Shown: positions 31,403-41,330 of the stretch, one piece after another
Position numbering within the stretch: the first letter of the stretch is position 1
Layout of the letters: each line of letters begins with the position of its first letter
Source of the DNA: an uncultured Clostridia bacterium
GTDB taxonomy: Bacteria; Bacillota; Clostridia; TANB77; CAG-508
Length of the DNA: 64,000 nucleotides
Direction of reading: 5' to 3'
Assembly: GCA_944386675.1 (NCBI GenBank)
Contig: CALXBY010000003.1
Span: forward strand, 17,689 to 81,688
Made by a program: the position numbers and the translations under genes
Notes under the pieces: model-generated
Database searches by the model: none
Seen by the model: the letters and a program-made list of their open reading frames with translations, nothing else
What the model was told of the DNA's origin: nothing

Positions 31403-31855
31403 TCATATTTCCTTATTTTTTTCATCCATATTACATAAACTATATGAGGCTTTTTTTAACAATTTTAAAAAGATTTCCTGTTCTTCCTTTGTCATTTCTT
31501 TAACCATTTCTTTTTCTGTCGTGTCTATCTGCTTTTTAGCAATTTTTTCTATTTGTAATGCTTTTGGTGTTAAAACAATGCTTTTTAATCTGCAATCTCC
31601 TTGTTTTGCTTTTCTTATTATAAGACCATTGTTTTCCATTAATTGAACAATTCCTGCAACGCTTGCTTTTCTCATTTCAAATTCTTCTTCAATATCTTTT
31701 GCAAAGACTTCTCCTTTTTTAGATTTTTTATAGATATATCCTATAATCATAGATTGTACACCTGTAACACTGTAACCATTTAATGTTTCATCCATATTTC
31801 TTTTTAATTGTCTGGAAACAATTTGAATATATTTTCCAATTTCATTTTTCCCCAT
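31403..31855 (-). CDS. MarR-family transcriptional regulator (likely regulator of the downstream ABC exporter pair)
   Basis: 150 aa; winged-helix MarR pattern ...SVTGVQSMIIGYI...GLIIRK...D.R. Confidence 0.8.
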   Translation of the reverse strand: MGKNEIGKYIQIVSRQLKRNMDETLNGYSVTGVQSMIIGYIYKKSKKGEVFAKDIEEEFEMRKASVAGIVQLMENNGLIIRKAKQGDCRLKSIVLTPKALQIEKIAKKQIDTTEKEMVKEMTKEEQEIFLKLLKKASYSLCNMDEKNKEI

Positions 31856-32001
31856 ATCAACACCTCTTTTAGTTCGTTGCCTAACTATTTTAATACGTCA
31901 TTTTTTATTTGTCAAGTACATATTCTATTTCATTTCCATTTATTTTTATTGTATAAATATTATATTTTGTTTTTATTAGGAAATACTAATAAATATGAAA
32001 A

Positions 32002-32736
32002 ATGACTGGAGGATTTAAAATGAATCAAATTATAAATATTGATTTAAATAAAAACATTGACACTTCAGAAAATTTAAATAGTTCTGAATCTTTAAATATA
32101 ATAAATAAAAAATCCTTACACACAAAAAATCAAAAAAAAATCTTTAGTATTCAATTTTTTCTCTCTATTACTGCTATTTTAGTTATTATCACATTATTTA
32201 TATATTCTAAAATCTCATTAAGTAACAAAGAAAGTTTTTCTGACCTTCTTATTAATAATTATAGTATAACCAAATTATATTCAAATGATAACAATAATAC
32301 TATTAATGAAAATCTTCCTTTAAACCCTGATACCATTATTGGGGTTATAGAAATTCCTTCTTTAAACATCTCTTATCCTGTTTTTAATGAATTAAATGAT
32401 GAATTGTTAAAAACCTCTCCTTGTCGATTTTATGGAAACTTTCCAACTATGTACAAAAATTCTTCAAATACAAATTTATGTATTGCAGGACATAATTATG
32501 ACAATGGTAAATTTTTTAGTAAAATTAAAAATTTAAAAATCAATGACAGTATTTTTTTATATGACACCTTTGACAAAAAATATATATATTCTGTTATAAA
32601 AAATTATGAAGTAAAATCTGATGATCTATCTCCAGTATATAATACTATTAGTGATTCTTTTGAACTAACATTAGTAACTTGTAATAATTTCAATGGTAAC
32701 AGAATTATTATAAAAGCAAAAATTGAAGATGGTTAA
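32002..32736 (+). CDS. sortase (class A/B-like transpeptidase)
   Basis: 244 aa; N-terminal TM, LCIAGHNY and TLVTCN (TLxTC catalytic Cys) motifs. Confidence 0.8.
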   Translation: MTGGFKMNQIINIDLNKNIDTSENLNSSESLNIINKKSLHTKNQKKIFSIQFFLSITAILVIITLFIYSKISLSNKESFSDLLINNYSITKLYSNDNNNTINENLPLNPDTIIGVIEIPSLNISYPVFNELNDELLKTSPCRFYGNFPTMYKNSSNTNLCIAGHNYDNGKFFSKIKNLKINDSIFLYDTFDKKYIYSVIKNYEVKSDDLSPVYNTISDSFELTLVTCNNFNGNRIIIKAKIEDG

Positions 32737-32763
32737 CATCTTCAATTCTATATTCATTTTATA

Positions 32764-33150
32764 TTAATCTATATTTCTATAATCTTTTATCTTTTTATAT
32801 GCATAAATTGCTGAAATTGCAAATACAACAACTAATAATACAGTTGGTAAAGAATCTTGTATACCTGTTTTTGGTAATGTATTAGATGTTTTGTTTACTC
32901 CATTACTTGTATTTCTTAATGCATTTAAATTTTGTACATTAGAATTTGTGTTGGCACTATTGCTATTTGTATTAGCATTATTTGATGCATTATTAGATGT
33001 ATTGTCATCTGTTAACATATCTGTAAATCCTTCATCTTCTGGTGATGATGGTGTTGCTGTTGTAGCATATACTGCTGATGTTGAAAATACAACCATTGCA
33101 CTAACTAAAATTACTAAAAAACTTTTTAAAATAATTGATTTTTTCATATT
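32764..33150 (-). CDS. small LPXTG cell-wall-anchored protein (Asn/Thr-rich)
   Basis: start at MKKSIILKSF signal peptide; C-terminal LPKTG + hydrophobic stretch + KKIKDYR tail. Confidence 0.7.
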   Translation of the reverse strand, partial: NMKKSIILKSFLVILVSAMVVFSTSAVYATTATPSSPEDEGFTDMLTDDNTSNNASNNANTNSNSANTNSNVQNLNALRNTSNGVNKTSNTLPKTGIQDSLPTVLLVVVFAISAIYAYKKIKDYRNID

Positions 33151-33334
33151 ACCTCTCCTTACTTCAAATAGTATATTTTCTGATTCCTCTATAAACAATT
33201 ATTATTATAGCACGTTTTTTTAATAATTGCAAGTTTACAAACACACTATTATCTTTTGTTTACATCACAAATATAATATACTTATTTTATTTTTTAGTCA
33301 ATAGGTTTTTTGTTACATTTTTATTACAAAAAAA

Positions 33335-34426
33335 TTACACATTAAATTTAAATAAAACAATATCTCCATCTTGCATTATATATTCTTTTCCTTCAGACCT
33401 AACAAGTCCTTTTTCTTTGGCTGCAACCATAGATCCTTGTTCTACTAAATCTTTAAATGATACAACTTCTGCTTTTATAAATCCTCTTTCTATGTCTGAA
33501 TGAATTTTTCCTGCTGCTTGTGGAGCTTTTGTTCCTTTTTTTATTGTCCATGCTCTAACTTCTGGCTCTCCTGCTGTTAAAAATGACATTAAGCCAAGTA
33601 AGTCATAGCTTTTCTTTATAACTTTATCTAACCCAGACTCTTCTAACCCTAGCATGTCTAACATTTCCTTTTTATCATTATCATCTAATCCTGATAATTC
33701 TTCTTCTACTTTTACACATAAAGGAATTACTTCTGCTTTTTCTTTTGCAGCATACTCTTTTACTTTTTTAACCATCGGGTCATTTTCTGCATCACTTAAT
33801 TGCTCTTCAGAAACATTTGCAATATATAATATTGGTTTTGTAGTTAATAGAAACATTTCTTTTACTAAAGCTTGTTCATCCTCATTAAAATCTATTGCCC
33901 TTGCTGATATTCCATTTTCCAAACTTTCTTTTATTTTCTCTAATACATCAATCTCTTCTTGATATTTTTTATCTGCTTTTAAATTTTTCTTTGCCTTGTC
34001 TAGTCTTTTATTAACTGTTTCTATATCAGCAAAAATTAATTCTAAATTGATTGTTTCAATATCTCTTATTGGGTCTATACTTCCATCAACATGCACAATA
34101 TTTGAGTCTTCAAAACATCTAACAACTTCACATATGGCATCTGTTTCACGTATATGTGATAAAAATTTATTTCCTAGTCCTTCACCTTTGCTTGCTCCCT
34201 TTACCAATCCTGCTATATCTACAAATTCAATAACTGCATGTGTTGTTTTTTGTGGATGATACATATTGGTTAATACATCTAATCTTTCATCTGGAACAGG
34301 TACAACACCTACATTTGGCTCTATTGTACAAAATGGATAATTTGCACATTCAGCACCTGCTTTTGTTATACTATTAAATAATGTACTTTTTCCTACATTT
34401 GGTAATCCAACAATTCCTAATTTCAT
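33335..34426 (-). CDS. ychF: ribosome-binding ATPase YchF (Obg-family GTPase/ATPase)
   Basis: 363 aa; MKLGIVGLPNVGKSTLFN, C-terminal TGS domain. Confidence 0.95.
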   Translation of the reverse strand: MKLGIVGLPNVGKSTLFNSITKAGAECANYPFCTIEPNVGVVPVPDERLDVLTNMYHPQKTTHAVIEFVDIAGLVKGASKGEGLGNKFLSHIRETDAICEVVRCFEDSNIVHVDGSIDPIRDIETINLELIFADIETVNKRLDKAKKNLKADKKYQEEIDVLEKIKESLENGISARAIDFNEDEQALVKEMFLLTTKPILYIANVSEEQLSDAENDPMVKKVKEYAAKEKAEVIPLCVKVEEELSGLDDNDKKEMLDMLGLEESGLDKVIKKSYDLLGLMSFLTAGEPEVRAWTIKKGTKAPQAAGKIHSDIERGFIKAEVVSFKDLVEQGSMVAAKEKGLVRSEGKEYIMQDGDIVLFKFNV

Positions 34427-34560
34427 TTTTTCATTCCTTCTTCTTTTATTATTCTTAATCTCACTGTAACAATTTTTATTATTTCATAATTTATCTTTTT
34501 AATTTGCTGTAAGTATTGCTACCAAACTATTTTATCATACATATATTTCTTAGTCAATTA

Positions 34561-35379
34561 TTATTTGATATAAATTGATGGGTCCTCTTGTACTGAATTT
34601 TTTAATATTTCAAAATGTAAATGTGGTTCATCTGCTATTTCAAATACAGCACTATTACCAACTGTTCCTATAGATTGTCCTTTTTCTACTGTTTCACCCT
34701 CAACTACAAATTCAGATGTTAATAAATTAGAATATACTGTTTGATATACATCATCATGTTCTATAACAATTGTTAAACCATATCTTGGGTCATTCTTTAT
34801 TGATTTCACAATACCTGCTTCTGCTGCTTTTACGACTGTTGTTTTATCTGCTTTTATATCAATTCCATTATGTGTCACCCATTCTTCTAAAGTTTCTGAA
34901 TATACAAGATTATCTTGGGCAAATTCTCTTACAATTTCTCCTTCAACTGGTTTTTGAAAACTTAATTCTTTTACTTCTTGTGTTTCGGTTTGATTACTAG
35001 TTGTATTTTGAGTATTAGTTGTAACATTATTTGTATTTACACTACTTGTTTCTATGTCATTATTTAAAGTTGTATTTTGTATCTCTTCTACTTGTGTATT
35101 TTGTTTTTCAAGCGTTTCTTGGCTTTCTTCTACCGTTTTTCCTATGTCTGTACTTGCACTTTCTGTTTCCTCTTCAACATCGTCTGTTTCACCAATTATA
35201 TTAGTCATTTGTTCTAATGACATAGTTTCATCTTTTACATCATCATTAATTTTTTGACTATATAATAATAATGAAATAATAATGATAGCCACAACAATTG
35301 CTCCCATAACAACATAAGAAATTATTTTATCATTTATATTTTTGTCCCCAACATTTTTTAAATTCATACTTCTTTTCAT
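34561..35379 (-). CDS. M23/LytM-family metallopeptidase with N-terminal membrane anchor (sporulation-cluster context; SpoIIQ-like position but catalytic His retained)
   Basis: start at Met21 with AGGAGG RBS; C-terminal HLHFEI zinc-binding motif. Confidence 0.75.
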   Translation of the reverse strand: MKRSMNLKNVGDKNINDKIISYVVMGAIVVAIIIISLLLYSQKINDDVKDETMSLEQMTNIIGETDDVEEETESASTDIGKTVEESQETLEKQNTQVEEIQNTTLNNDIETSSVNTNNVTTNTQNTTSNQTETQEVKELSFQKPVEGEIVREFAQDNLVYSETLEEWVTHNGIDIKADKTTVVKAAEAGIVKSIKNDPRYGLTIVIEHDDVYQTVYSNLLTSEFVVEGETVEKGQSIGTVGNSAVFEIADEPHLHFEILKNSVQEDPSIYIK

Positions 35380-35466
35380 ATAATCCTCCTTAAATACTTT
35401 GTTATTACAAGTATTTCCTTTTTTAAAAAGATTATACATTTTTTAAAATAATTTTTTGATTATTAT

Positions 35467-35676
35467 AAAATCGTGATTTTTCTAAAGACATACTATATAT
35501 TTTATGAAATTACGAATGTGAATGAAATTATATTAGAAATTATTAAGATAGCTAATAGGAGAATCTCAAACTTGCTTTGAGAGGTGCCTATTAGCTATCT
35601 TTAAAATTTCTTTATGATGTAATGTTAACCGAGTAATAAATAAAATATATAGTATGTCTTTAGAAAAATCACGATT
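35467..35676. mobile_element. MITE-like element with 32-bp perfect terminal inverted repeats (AATCGTGATTTTTCTAAAGACATACTATATAT) and an internal ~48-bp hairpin; right arm overlaps the spoIID stop codon
   Basis: 35467-35500 versus reverse complement of 35645-35676; internal ~150 bp homologous (inverted) to 56904-57139 inside family-1 copy B, including the CTAATAGGAGAATCTCAAA...TTTGAGAGGTGCCTATTAG hairpin. Confidence 0.7.
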
Positions 35677-36682
35677 ACAGAGAATTAACTTCCTTAATCT
35701 CTACTCCAACATAAAAATGTTGAATAATATCTTCTGCTGTACTTCCACTTTTTGCCATACTATCTGCTCCTGTTTGACTCATACCAACACCATGACCATA
35801 TCCTTTTACCGTAAATTTTATTTTTCCTTCATTTTTTGATATATCAAAATTTGTAGCTCGTAATCCAAATATATTTCTAGCTTCTGTTCCCGAAATTTCA
35901 TGATTTCCGAATTTTATTGTTTTTACTCTTCCACTACTTGTATATTCTAATATTTTAATATCATCATCATTATTAAAATCGATTTGAATATCTGTGTATT
36001 TTGCTTTTAATTTTTCTAAAAGTTCTTCATTTGTTAACTCTACTTCTGAATTGTATTGAGAATATGCATCTTCTCCTGATGTTTCTACTACCTGGAGATA
36101 TGGCATATTGCTTCCCCCTCCCCAAACATCTACTGGTAATTCCGTTTTTCCACCACTATTAGAATGAAAAAATGCATTAATTGGTTGATTATTATATGTT
36201 ATTATTTTTCCTTTTGTTTCATTTACACATTCTTCTATTTTGCTCCATTTTGCTTCTTTATCTCCATCCCATCTTGCTAATCTATCCTCTTTTGAAATCC
36301 ATGCTTGACAGCATGTAGAATCATCACAAACATCCGCATTTTCATGTTTTTTATTGTTAACTTTATAAATTGTATATGTTCTTGCGACAATTGCTTGTGC
36401 TTTTAATGCTTCCTTTTCGAAATCTACTGGCATTTCTGCTGATACCACATTGCAAAGATAGTTATCTAAAGCTACTTCCTCTACTGTATTTGTATCTGTA
36501 TGTAATAATTTTATGGTTCCATATTGATTATATATATATTCACTTTCTGAATGTTCTTCTTTAATTTCCACTATTCCATCATCTGTCTCTGAAGATGTTT
36601 GCATATTACTTTTTGTTAATAATGCTGGTAAAAAAAAGCAAATAAACAAAAAGGCAAAAAAATAGATAAAAACTTTTCGCAA
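35675..36682 (-). CDS. spoIID: stage II sporulation protein D (SpoIID, lytic transglycosylase-like)
   Basis: 335 aa; signal peptide, SpoIID/LytB domain (AQAIVARTYT...). Confidence 0.8.
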   Translation of the reverse strand: MRKVFIYFFAFLFICFFLPALLTKSNMQTSSETDDGIVEIKEEHSESEYIYNQYGTIKLLHTDTNTVEEVALDNYLCNVVSAEMPVDFEKEALKAQAIVARTYTIYKVNNKKHENADVCDDSTCCQAWISKEDRLARWDGDKEAKWSKIEECVNETKGKIITYNNQPINAFFHSNSGGKTELPVDVWGGGSNMPYLQVVETSGEDAYSQYNSEVELTNEELLEKLKAKYTDIQIDFNNDDDIKILEYTSSGRVKTIKFGNHEISGTEARNIFGLRATNFDISKNEGKIKFTVKGYGHGVGMSQTGADSMAKSGSTAEDIIQHFYVGVEIKEVNSL

Positions 36683-36695
36683 TTTATCACCCTCT

Positions 36696-37424
36696 TTAAG
36701 AAATTAACTTCATTTTCATATTTTCTAAAATTTTTCTTTCTAATCTCGATACTTGTACTTGCGTAATTCCAAGAATTTTTGCTACTTGTGACTGTGTTTT
36801 GTCTTTATAAAATCTAAGTAATATAATTTCTTTATCTCTATCTTCTAATTCTTCTATTAATTGTTTAATTGCTAATTTATTTGTGATAAATTCTTCTTCA
36901 TTTTTATCTGATGAAATCTTTTCTATTAAGCAAATGCTATTCCCATCTTTATTATCTGTATAAAATTTTCCATCTATAGACTCGACTGTATTACTTGCTT
37001 CCAATGCTAAATTGATGTCTTCCTTTGAAATTTTCAACTCCTTTTCTAACTCTTCTATACTTAATTCTTTTCCTTTTTTATTGATACTTTCTTTTTGTAG
37101 CTCTCTAATTTTCATTCCTAATTCTTTAATTCCTCTACTTACCTTTATCGGTCCATCATCTCTTATATATCTTTTTATTTCTCCAATCATATAAGGAACC
37201 GCATATGTAGATAATTTCACATCATAATTGGTATCAAATCTTTTAATTGATTTTATAAAGCCCATACAACCAATCTGGTATAAATCTTCTAAATCATATC
37301 CTCTTCCATTAAATCTTTTAACTATACTCCATATAAGTCCATTATTATCTCGAATCATTCTTTCTAATTCGTATTTATCACCAGATTGCGCTTTTTTGAT
37401 TGCTTCCACACTGTTTTCAAACAT
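36696..37424 (-). CDS. sigF: sporulation sigma factor SigF
   Basis: 242 aa sigma-70 family, immediately downstream of spoIIAB; region 2.x/4 motifs. Confidence 0.9.
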   Translation of the reverse strand: MFENSVEAIKKAQSGDKYELERMIRDNNGLIWSIVKRFNGRGYDLEDLYQIGCMGFIKSIKRFDTNYDVKLSTYAVPYMIGEIKRYIRDDGPIKVSRGIKELGMKIRELQKESINKKGKELSIEELEKELKISKEDINLALEASNTVESIDGKFYTDNKDGNSICLIEKISSDKNEEEFITNKLAIKQLIEELEDRDKEIILLRFYKDKTQSQVAKILGITQVQVSRLERKILENMKMKLIS

Positions 37425-37433
37425 AGTATACCT

Positions 37434-37916
37434 CTATTCTTTTGTAATCATTTCAAACTCATCATCTGACTCTTCATTTTCCACTTTATTTTTTATAACT
37501 TTACGCATCGTAACTTTTGTCCCTAGTCCTACAACAGATTCCACATCTACTTTATCCATAAAGCTTTCCATAATTGTAAATCCCATTCCTGACCTCTCTA
37601 AATTTGGTTTTGTTGTATACAATGGCTCTTTTGCTATATCAATATTTTCTATTCCCTTTCCTTTATCTGATATTTCTATAATAATTTCATTTTCTGTTAG
37701 TCTTGCAAAAATTTTAACAATTCCTTGTTTCTTGTCATATCCATGAATGATGCAGTTTGTAACTGCTTCTGAAACTGCTGTTTTTATATCGGCTAACTCT
37801 TCTATTGTTGGATCCAATTGAGAAGCAAAGGCTGCAACTGTAATTCTTGCAAATGCTTCATTTGCAGATTTGCTAATAAATTCTAACTTCATTTCATTTT
37901 CGATTTCACTTTTCAT
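37434..37916 (-). CDS. spoIIAB: anti-sigma F factor SpoIIAB (serine protein kinase)
   Basis: 160 aa; GHKL ATPase motifs (N-box [11 protein letters not shown]-box GMGFTIM). Confidence 0.9.
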   Translation of the reverse strand: MKSEIENEMKLEFISKSANEAFARITVAAFASQLDPTIEELADIKTAVSEAVTNCIIHGYDKKQGIVKIFARLTENEIIIEISDKGKGIENIDIAKEPLYTTKPNLERSGMGFTIMESFMDKVDVESVVGLGTKVTMRKVIKNKVENEESDDEFEMITKE

Positions 37917-37993
37917 TTTTCTTTCCTTTAATATATATATTTAGGTTTTTTTAGGGTATACCTATAAATCCCCATAATTTTAAGTATATCTGT

Positions 37994-38314
37994 TTATGAA
38001 ACTTCTAAATTCGTTATTGGAATTAATCTCAATATTCCACTCATTTCAAATATTTTTCTAATACTACTTGTTAAATTGGCAAGTTCAACAGTTCCTCCTA
38101 GCATTTTTACAAATTTATATCTTCCAATAATCAAACCTATCCCTGCGCTATCCATGAATGTAACACTATTAAAATCAAATATAACTTTTTTAGGCATATA
38201 TCTTTCAATTTCATAATCCGCCTTCCTCCTTATCTTTTGAACACTAAAATCATCAATTTCATCAGTTATTTTAAAAATTAATAACTTGTCCTCTTCGTAA
38301 AATTTTGATTCCAT
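37994..38314 (-). CDS. spoIIAA: anti-sigma F factor antagonist SpoIIAA (STAS domain)
   Basis: start at internal MESKFYEED; FMDSAGIGLIIGRYK STAS phosphorylation-site region; the track ORF's 42-aa N-terminal extension runs into the repeat and is rejected. Confidence 0.8.
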   Translation of the reverse strand: MESKFYEEDKLLIFKITDEIDDFSVQKIRRKADYEIERYMPKKVIFDFNSVTFMDSAGIGLIIGRYKFVKMLGGTVELANLTSSIRKIFEMSGILRLIPITNLEVS

Positions 38315-38428
38315 TATAGCCTCCTTTAAAATTCTTCTTGTATTATATTTCTTTTTCCAATATTTTCCAAGAGTAAAAAATAAGAAGTTTTGTCGTTTTA
38401 TAAGAAGTTTTCGACAAATGAAACAATT

Positions 38429-38491
38429 GGGACGTGTCAAATCATTTCAAAACGAAACAAAAAGGACAGGCATCCTGCCTGTCCCTTTTGG
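38429..38491. repeat. family-1 element remnant: one diverged arm (GGGACGTGTCAAATCATTTCAAAACGAAACAAAAAGGACAGG) plus the first 16 nt of the opposite arm
   Basis: alignment to the 45-bp family-1 arm; lies between GH13 stop (38520) and spoIIAA start. Confidence 0.7.
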
Positions 38492-38519
38492 ATTAAAAAG
38501 TACAAAAGATATTTTGAAT

Positions 38520-40412
38520 TTATTTTTTATCTTTTCTTAAAATGAGTGTTCCATATTCTCCTACTTTATCTTTTGTACTATTTTCGGTAAATACAACTTC
38601 ATAATTCCTAAAATTGTCATTAAAAATAACTTTGTCGGTTCTATTGGAATATAAAACTATATTTCCTTTCTCTGAATACATTTCTAATAGCATGCATCCT
38701 TCATCAATCTCTCTCAGCCTTGGTTCGCCATCACCTAAAATATCTATATTACTCTTTCGATAATGGTTTAATTTTGTTACATAAGTTTGCATATCCAGCT
38801 TAGGATTCTCCCAATCCATATCTTTTCGGCAAAATGGATCTTTATATCCCATGACACAATTCTCCGTTCCCTGAAGCATACTGGGATTTCCTGGCAAAGT
38901 ATAAAAGATTGGTAATGCATTCTTTTCATTCCTTCTTGCCACAATTCTCTGCTCTTCCGGTAATTGATCATGACTTGCCGAATAACTTCTAAAGCCAAAT
39001 ATCTCAAACTCAGCGTCTATATGCCTCCAAGGACCTTCAATATCATCCAGTTTTTTATATGGGTCTGGATTCATGAGTTCTCCAACCAAAGATGTCATCA
39101 AGGTCACCGTATCATGCGTAGATATAACATTCATCAGAATATCTGACACAGATTTTGGATATTCTCTATAAACTTTTTCAAAGTTATATCGAAAATGCTC
39201 ATGCAATCCCCATCTCACCCAACGGATAATCGCATCTCTTATTGGATAATTCATCAATGAATTTGCCTGTCCATCAAAGATTTGTGGATTTTCTCGCTCG
39301 GTTGCAATGTCCCACATCTCATTAATGAAAATAATCTGTGGATAATCCTTTTGAATATCTTTTACAATTGCCAAAAGAAATTCTTTGGGTAATATATCTC
39401 CCAAGTCCATTCTAAAGGCATCTACTCCTACACTGATATATTTCTTTAGGATTTTAATGCATTCCTTTTGCACTTCTGGATTTTGTTTATTGAGTTCTGG
39501 CATATTGGTATAACCATACCATGTAACTGGTTTTCCATCTTTGAAAATGTAAAATTTTCTATAAGGAGAATTTACATCAGATATTGCTGATTTAAAATAT
39601 TCATGTTCATCTGATGTATGGTTAAATGCCATATCGCATATAACCTTTATTCCCAGTTTCTTTGCTTCTATGCAAAGTTCCTCCAAATCTTTCCAAGTCC
39701 CCAGCATAGGATCTATCTGCCAGAAATCTTCTGCCTCATAATGATGATAATTTCTACTTTTACAGATTGGATTCATATATATTGCATTAAATCCAAGTGC
39801 TTTTATATATGGCAATTTTTCTTTTATGCCTTGTAAATTACCACCATAAAAATATTCGTTCCGATAGATTCCATCAGAATCTGGTTTCCAGTCTGGCATT
39901 CTATCATTCCAATCTTTGTTTTTTCTTCCTTCAACTGGAATAATCCCATTACTACCAATTGCAAACCTATCTGGTATGATTTGATAAATCATCCGTCCTT
40001 TCCATTCTGGATATTCTTTCAAAGTCGCATCTTTTACTTCAAGTTTCCAGCAGTACTCATTTGGATATGCTTTTGTGTTTTTCTGTGTTGTCAAAAATTC
40101 TTCATTTTGATATACATAGTACAGTTGTCCCTCTATAAAGAGAGTAAAGTAGAACCAGTATATCCCTGATTTACCAAGTGAAAATTCAGCCAAATAAACA
40201 CTTCTGGTTATACCTGTTTCTCTTTCCTCTTTTCCTTCGTACGGTATGCTCACTTTTTTCACTATCCTATCAAATTGATAGAACATTATCTGAAGTTTTT
40301 CTACAAATCCTTTATCCAGGATTTTTACTTGAACTTTTACCTTGTTTTTGGTTGTACATTTTTCTGGCTTTATAAGCCGGAATTCAAAATACTCTTCTCT
40401 CCTTTTTAACAT
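38520..40412 (-). CDS. GH13 alpha-amylase-family glycosidase (neopullulanase/cyclomaltodextrinase-like, intracellular)
   Basis: 630 aa; GH13 regions II-IV GFRMDLGD, EMWD, SHDT; no signal peptide. Confidence 0.85.
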   Translation of the reverse strand: MLKRREEYFEFRLIKPEKCTTKNKVKVQVKILDKGFVEKLQIMFYQFDRIVKKVSIPYEGKEERETGITRSVYLAEFSLGKSGIYWFYFTLFIEGQLYYVYQNEEFLTTQKNTKAYPNEYCWKLEVKDATLKEYPEWKGRMIYQIIPDRFAIGSNGIIPVEGRKNKDWNDRMPDWKPDSDGIYRNEYFYGGNLQGIKEKLPYIKALGFNAIYMNPICKSRNYHHYEAEDFWQIDPMLGTWKDLEELCIEAKKLGIKVICDMAFNHTSDEHEYFKSAISDVNSPYRKFYIFKDGKPVTWYGYTNMPELNKQNPEVQKECIKILKKYISVGVDAFRMDLGDILPKEFLLAIVKDIQKDYPQIIFINEMWDIATERENPQIFDGQANSLMNYPIRDAIIRWVRWGLHEHFRYNFEKVYREYPKSVSDILMNVISTHDTVTLMTSLVGELMNPDPYKKLDDIEGPWRHIDAEFEIFGFRSYSASHDQLPEEQRIVARRNEKNALPIFYTLPGNPSMLQGTENCVMGYKDPFCRKDMDWENPKLDMQTYVTKLNHYRKSNIDILGDGEPRLREIDEGCMLLEMYSEKGNIVLYSNRTDKVIFNDNFRNYEVVFTENSTKDKVGEYGTLILRKDKK

Positions 40413-40634
40413 TTTTTCTCCATCCTTTCTATTTATAATACATGAATTTTTATCTATCGTAAAAAGCCATTTGGCTTATAAGTTCACTTTACTATTTTCC
40501 TTTCCATTTGTCAATGTCATTTTCTGTAAATCCTTGCTATTTCTTTATACTTTTTTAATAAATTTGTAAATAAAAATCTTAGCTTTATATAAAAAATAAA
40601 CCTTAGATACAATAATTATAGAAATTGTATCTAA

Positions 40635-40681
40635 GGTCTGTCCCTTTTGGTATCATTTTGAAACGATTTGGCACGTCCCTA
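40635..40681. repeat. family-1 solo right arm (45 bp, 43/45 identical to consensus) + TA, ending 4 bp before the ytfJ stop codon
   Basis: GGTCTGTCCCTTTTGGTATCATTTTGAAACGATTTGGCACGTCCC TA. Confidence 0.8.
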
Positions 40682-40685
40682 TTGT

Positions 40686-41330
40686 TCACTCATCATCTAA
40701 TGTTTCATCATATTCATACTCATAAGTAATTTCTTCTTCTATTGGTTTCTTTGTTTTTTCAATTCTTTCTTTCATATGTCTACTTTCTTCTAAATCACTT
40801 TCAATTTTATCTTTATCCATCTTTACTTTTTCTGATTTTTTCTTTTCTAGATTTTTTGGATCTTCTTTTTCAGTTGTTTTTTCTTTTGCTTTTTGCATAC
40901 ATTTATTTATCATATTATTTGTTTTATCTAATACATCTGGAATATAATCTAAAAGCTTGTCTATTGAAGAACTATAATTAACTGGCATTAGCTTTACATT
41001 TTCTCCTTGTATCACCAAAAAAGCAATTGGATTAATTGTAACACCTGCTCCTGAACCTCCTCCAAATGGTAATCTGTATTGTACCTCTTCTTCTTTTTCT
41101 TTCTTCTTATATTCATCAACTGTTTCTCCTTTAAATTCACTTCCTCCTGCTGCAAATCCAAAAGATACTTTTGATATGGGAATAATCACAATATTATTAG
41201 AAGTTTCAATTGGTTCTCCTATAATGGTATTCACATCTATCATATCTTGAATACTATTCATAGCTGTAGTCATAAGACCTTCTATTGGATGTTCGCTCAT
41301 CTTTTTTTCCTCCTTTTTTATTAAATACAT
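40686..41330 (-). CDS. ytfJ: sporulation protein YtfJ/GerW family
   Basis: IIPISKVSFGFAAGGSEF core of the GerW/YtfJ family; acidic Lys/Glu-rich tail; true start probably an internal Met (41300 or 41273). Confidence 0.75.
   Translation of the reverse strand: MYLIKKEEKKMSEHPIEGLMTTAMNSIQDMIDVNTIIGEPIETSNNIVIIPISKVSFGFAAGGSEFKGETVDEYKKKEKEEEVQYRLPFGGGSGAGVTINPIAFLVIQGENVKLMPVNYSSSIDKLLDYIPDVLDKTNNMINKCMQKAKEKTTEKEDPKNLEKKKSEKVKMDKDKIESDLEESRHMKERIEKTKKPIEEEITYEYEYDETLDDE

Noticed and set aside
37994-38440. 148-aa SpoIIAA with a 42-aa N-terminal extension, as in the ORF track
   Set aside because: The extension (MTRPNCFICRK...) is basic, low-complexity and runs into the repeat at 38429. The STAS domain begins at the internal MESKFYEED, which gives the canonical ~106-aa SpoIIAA.
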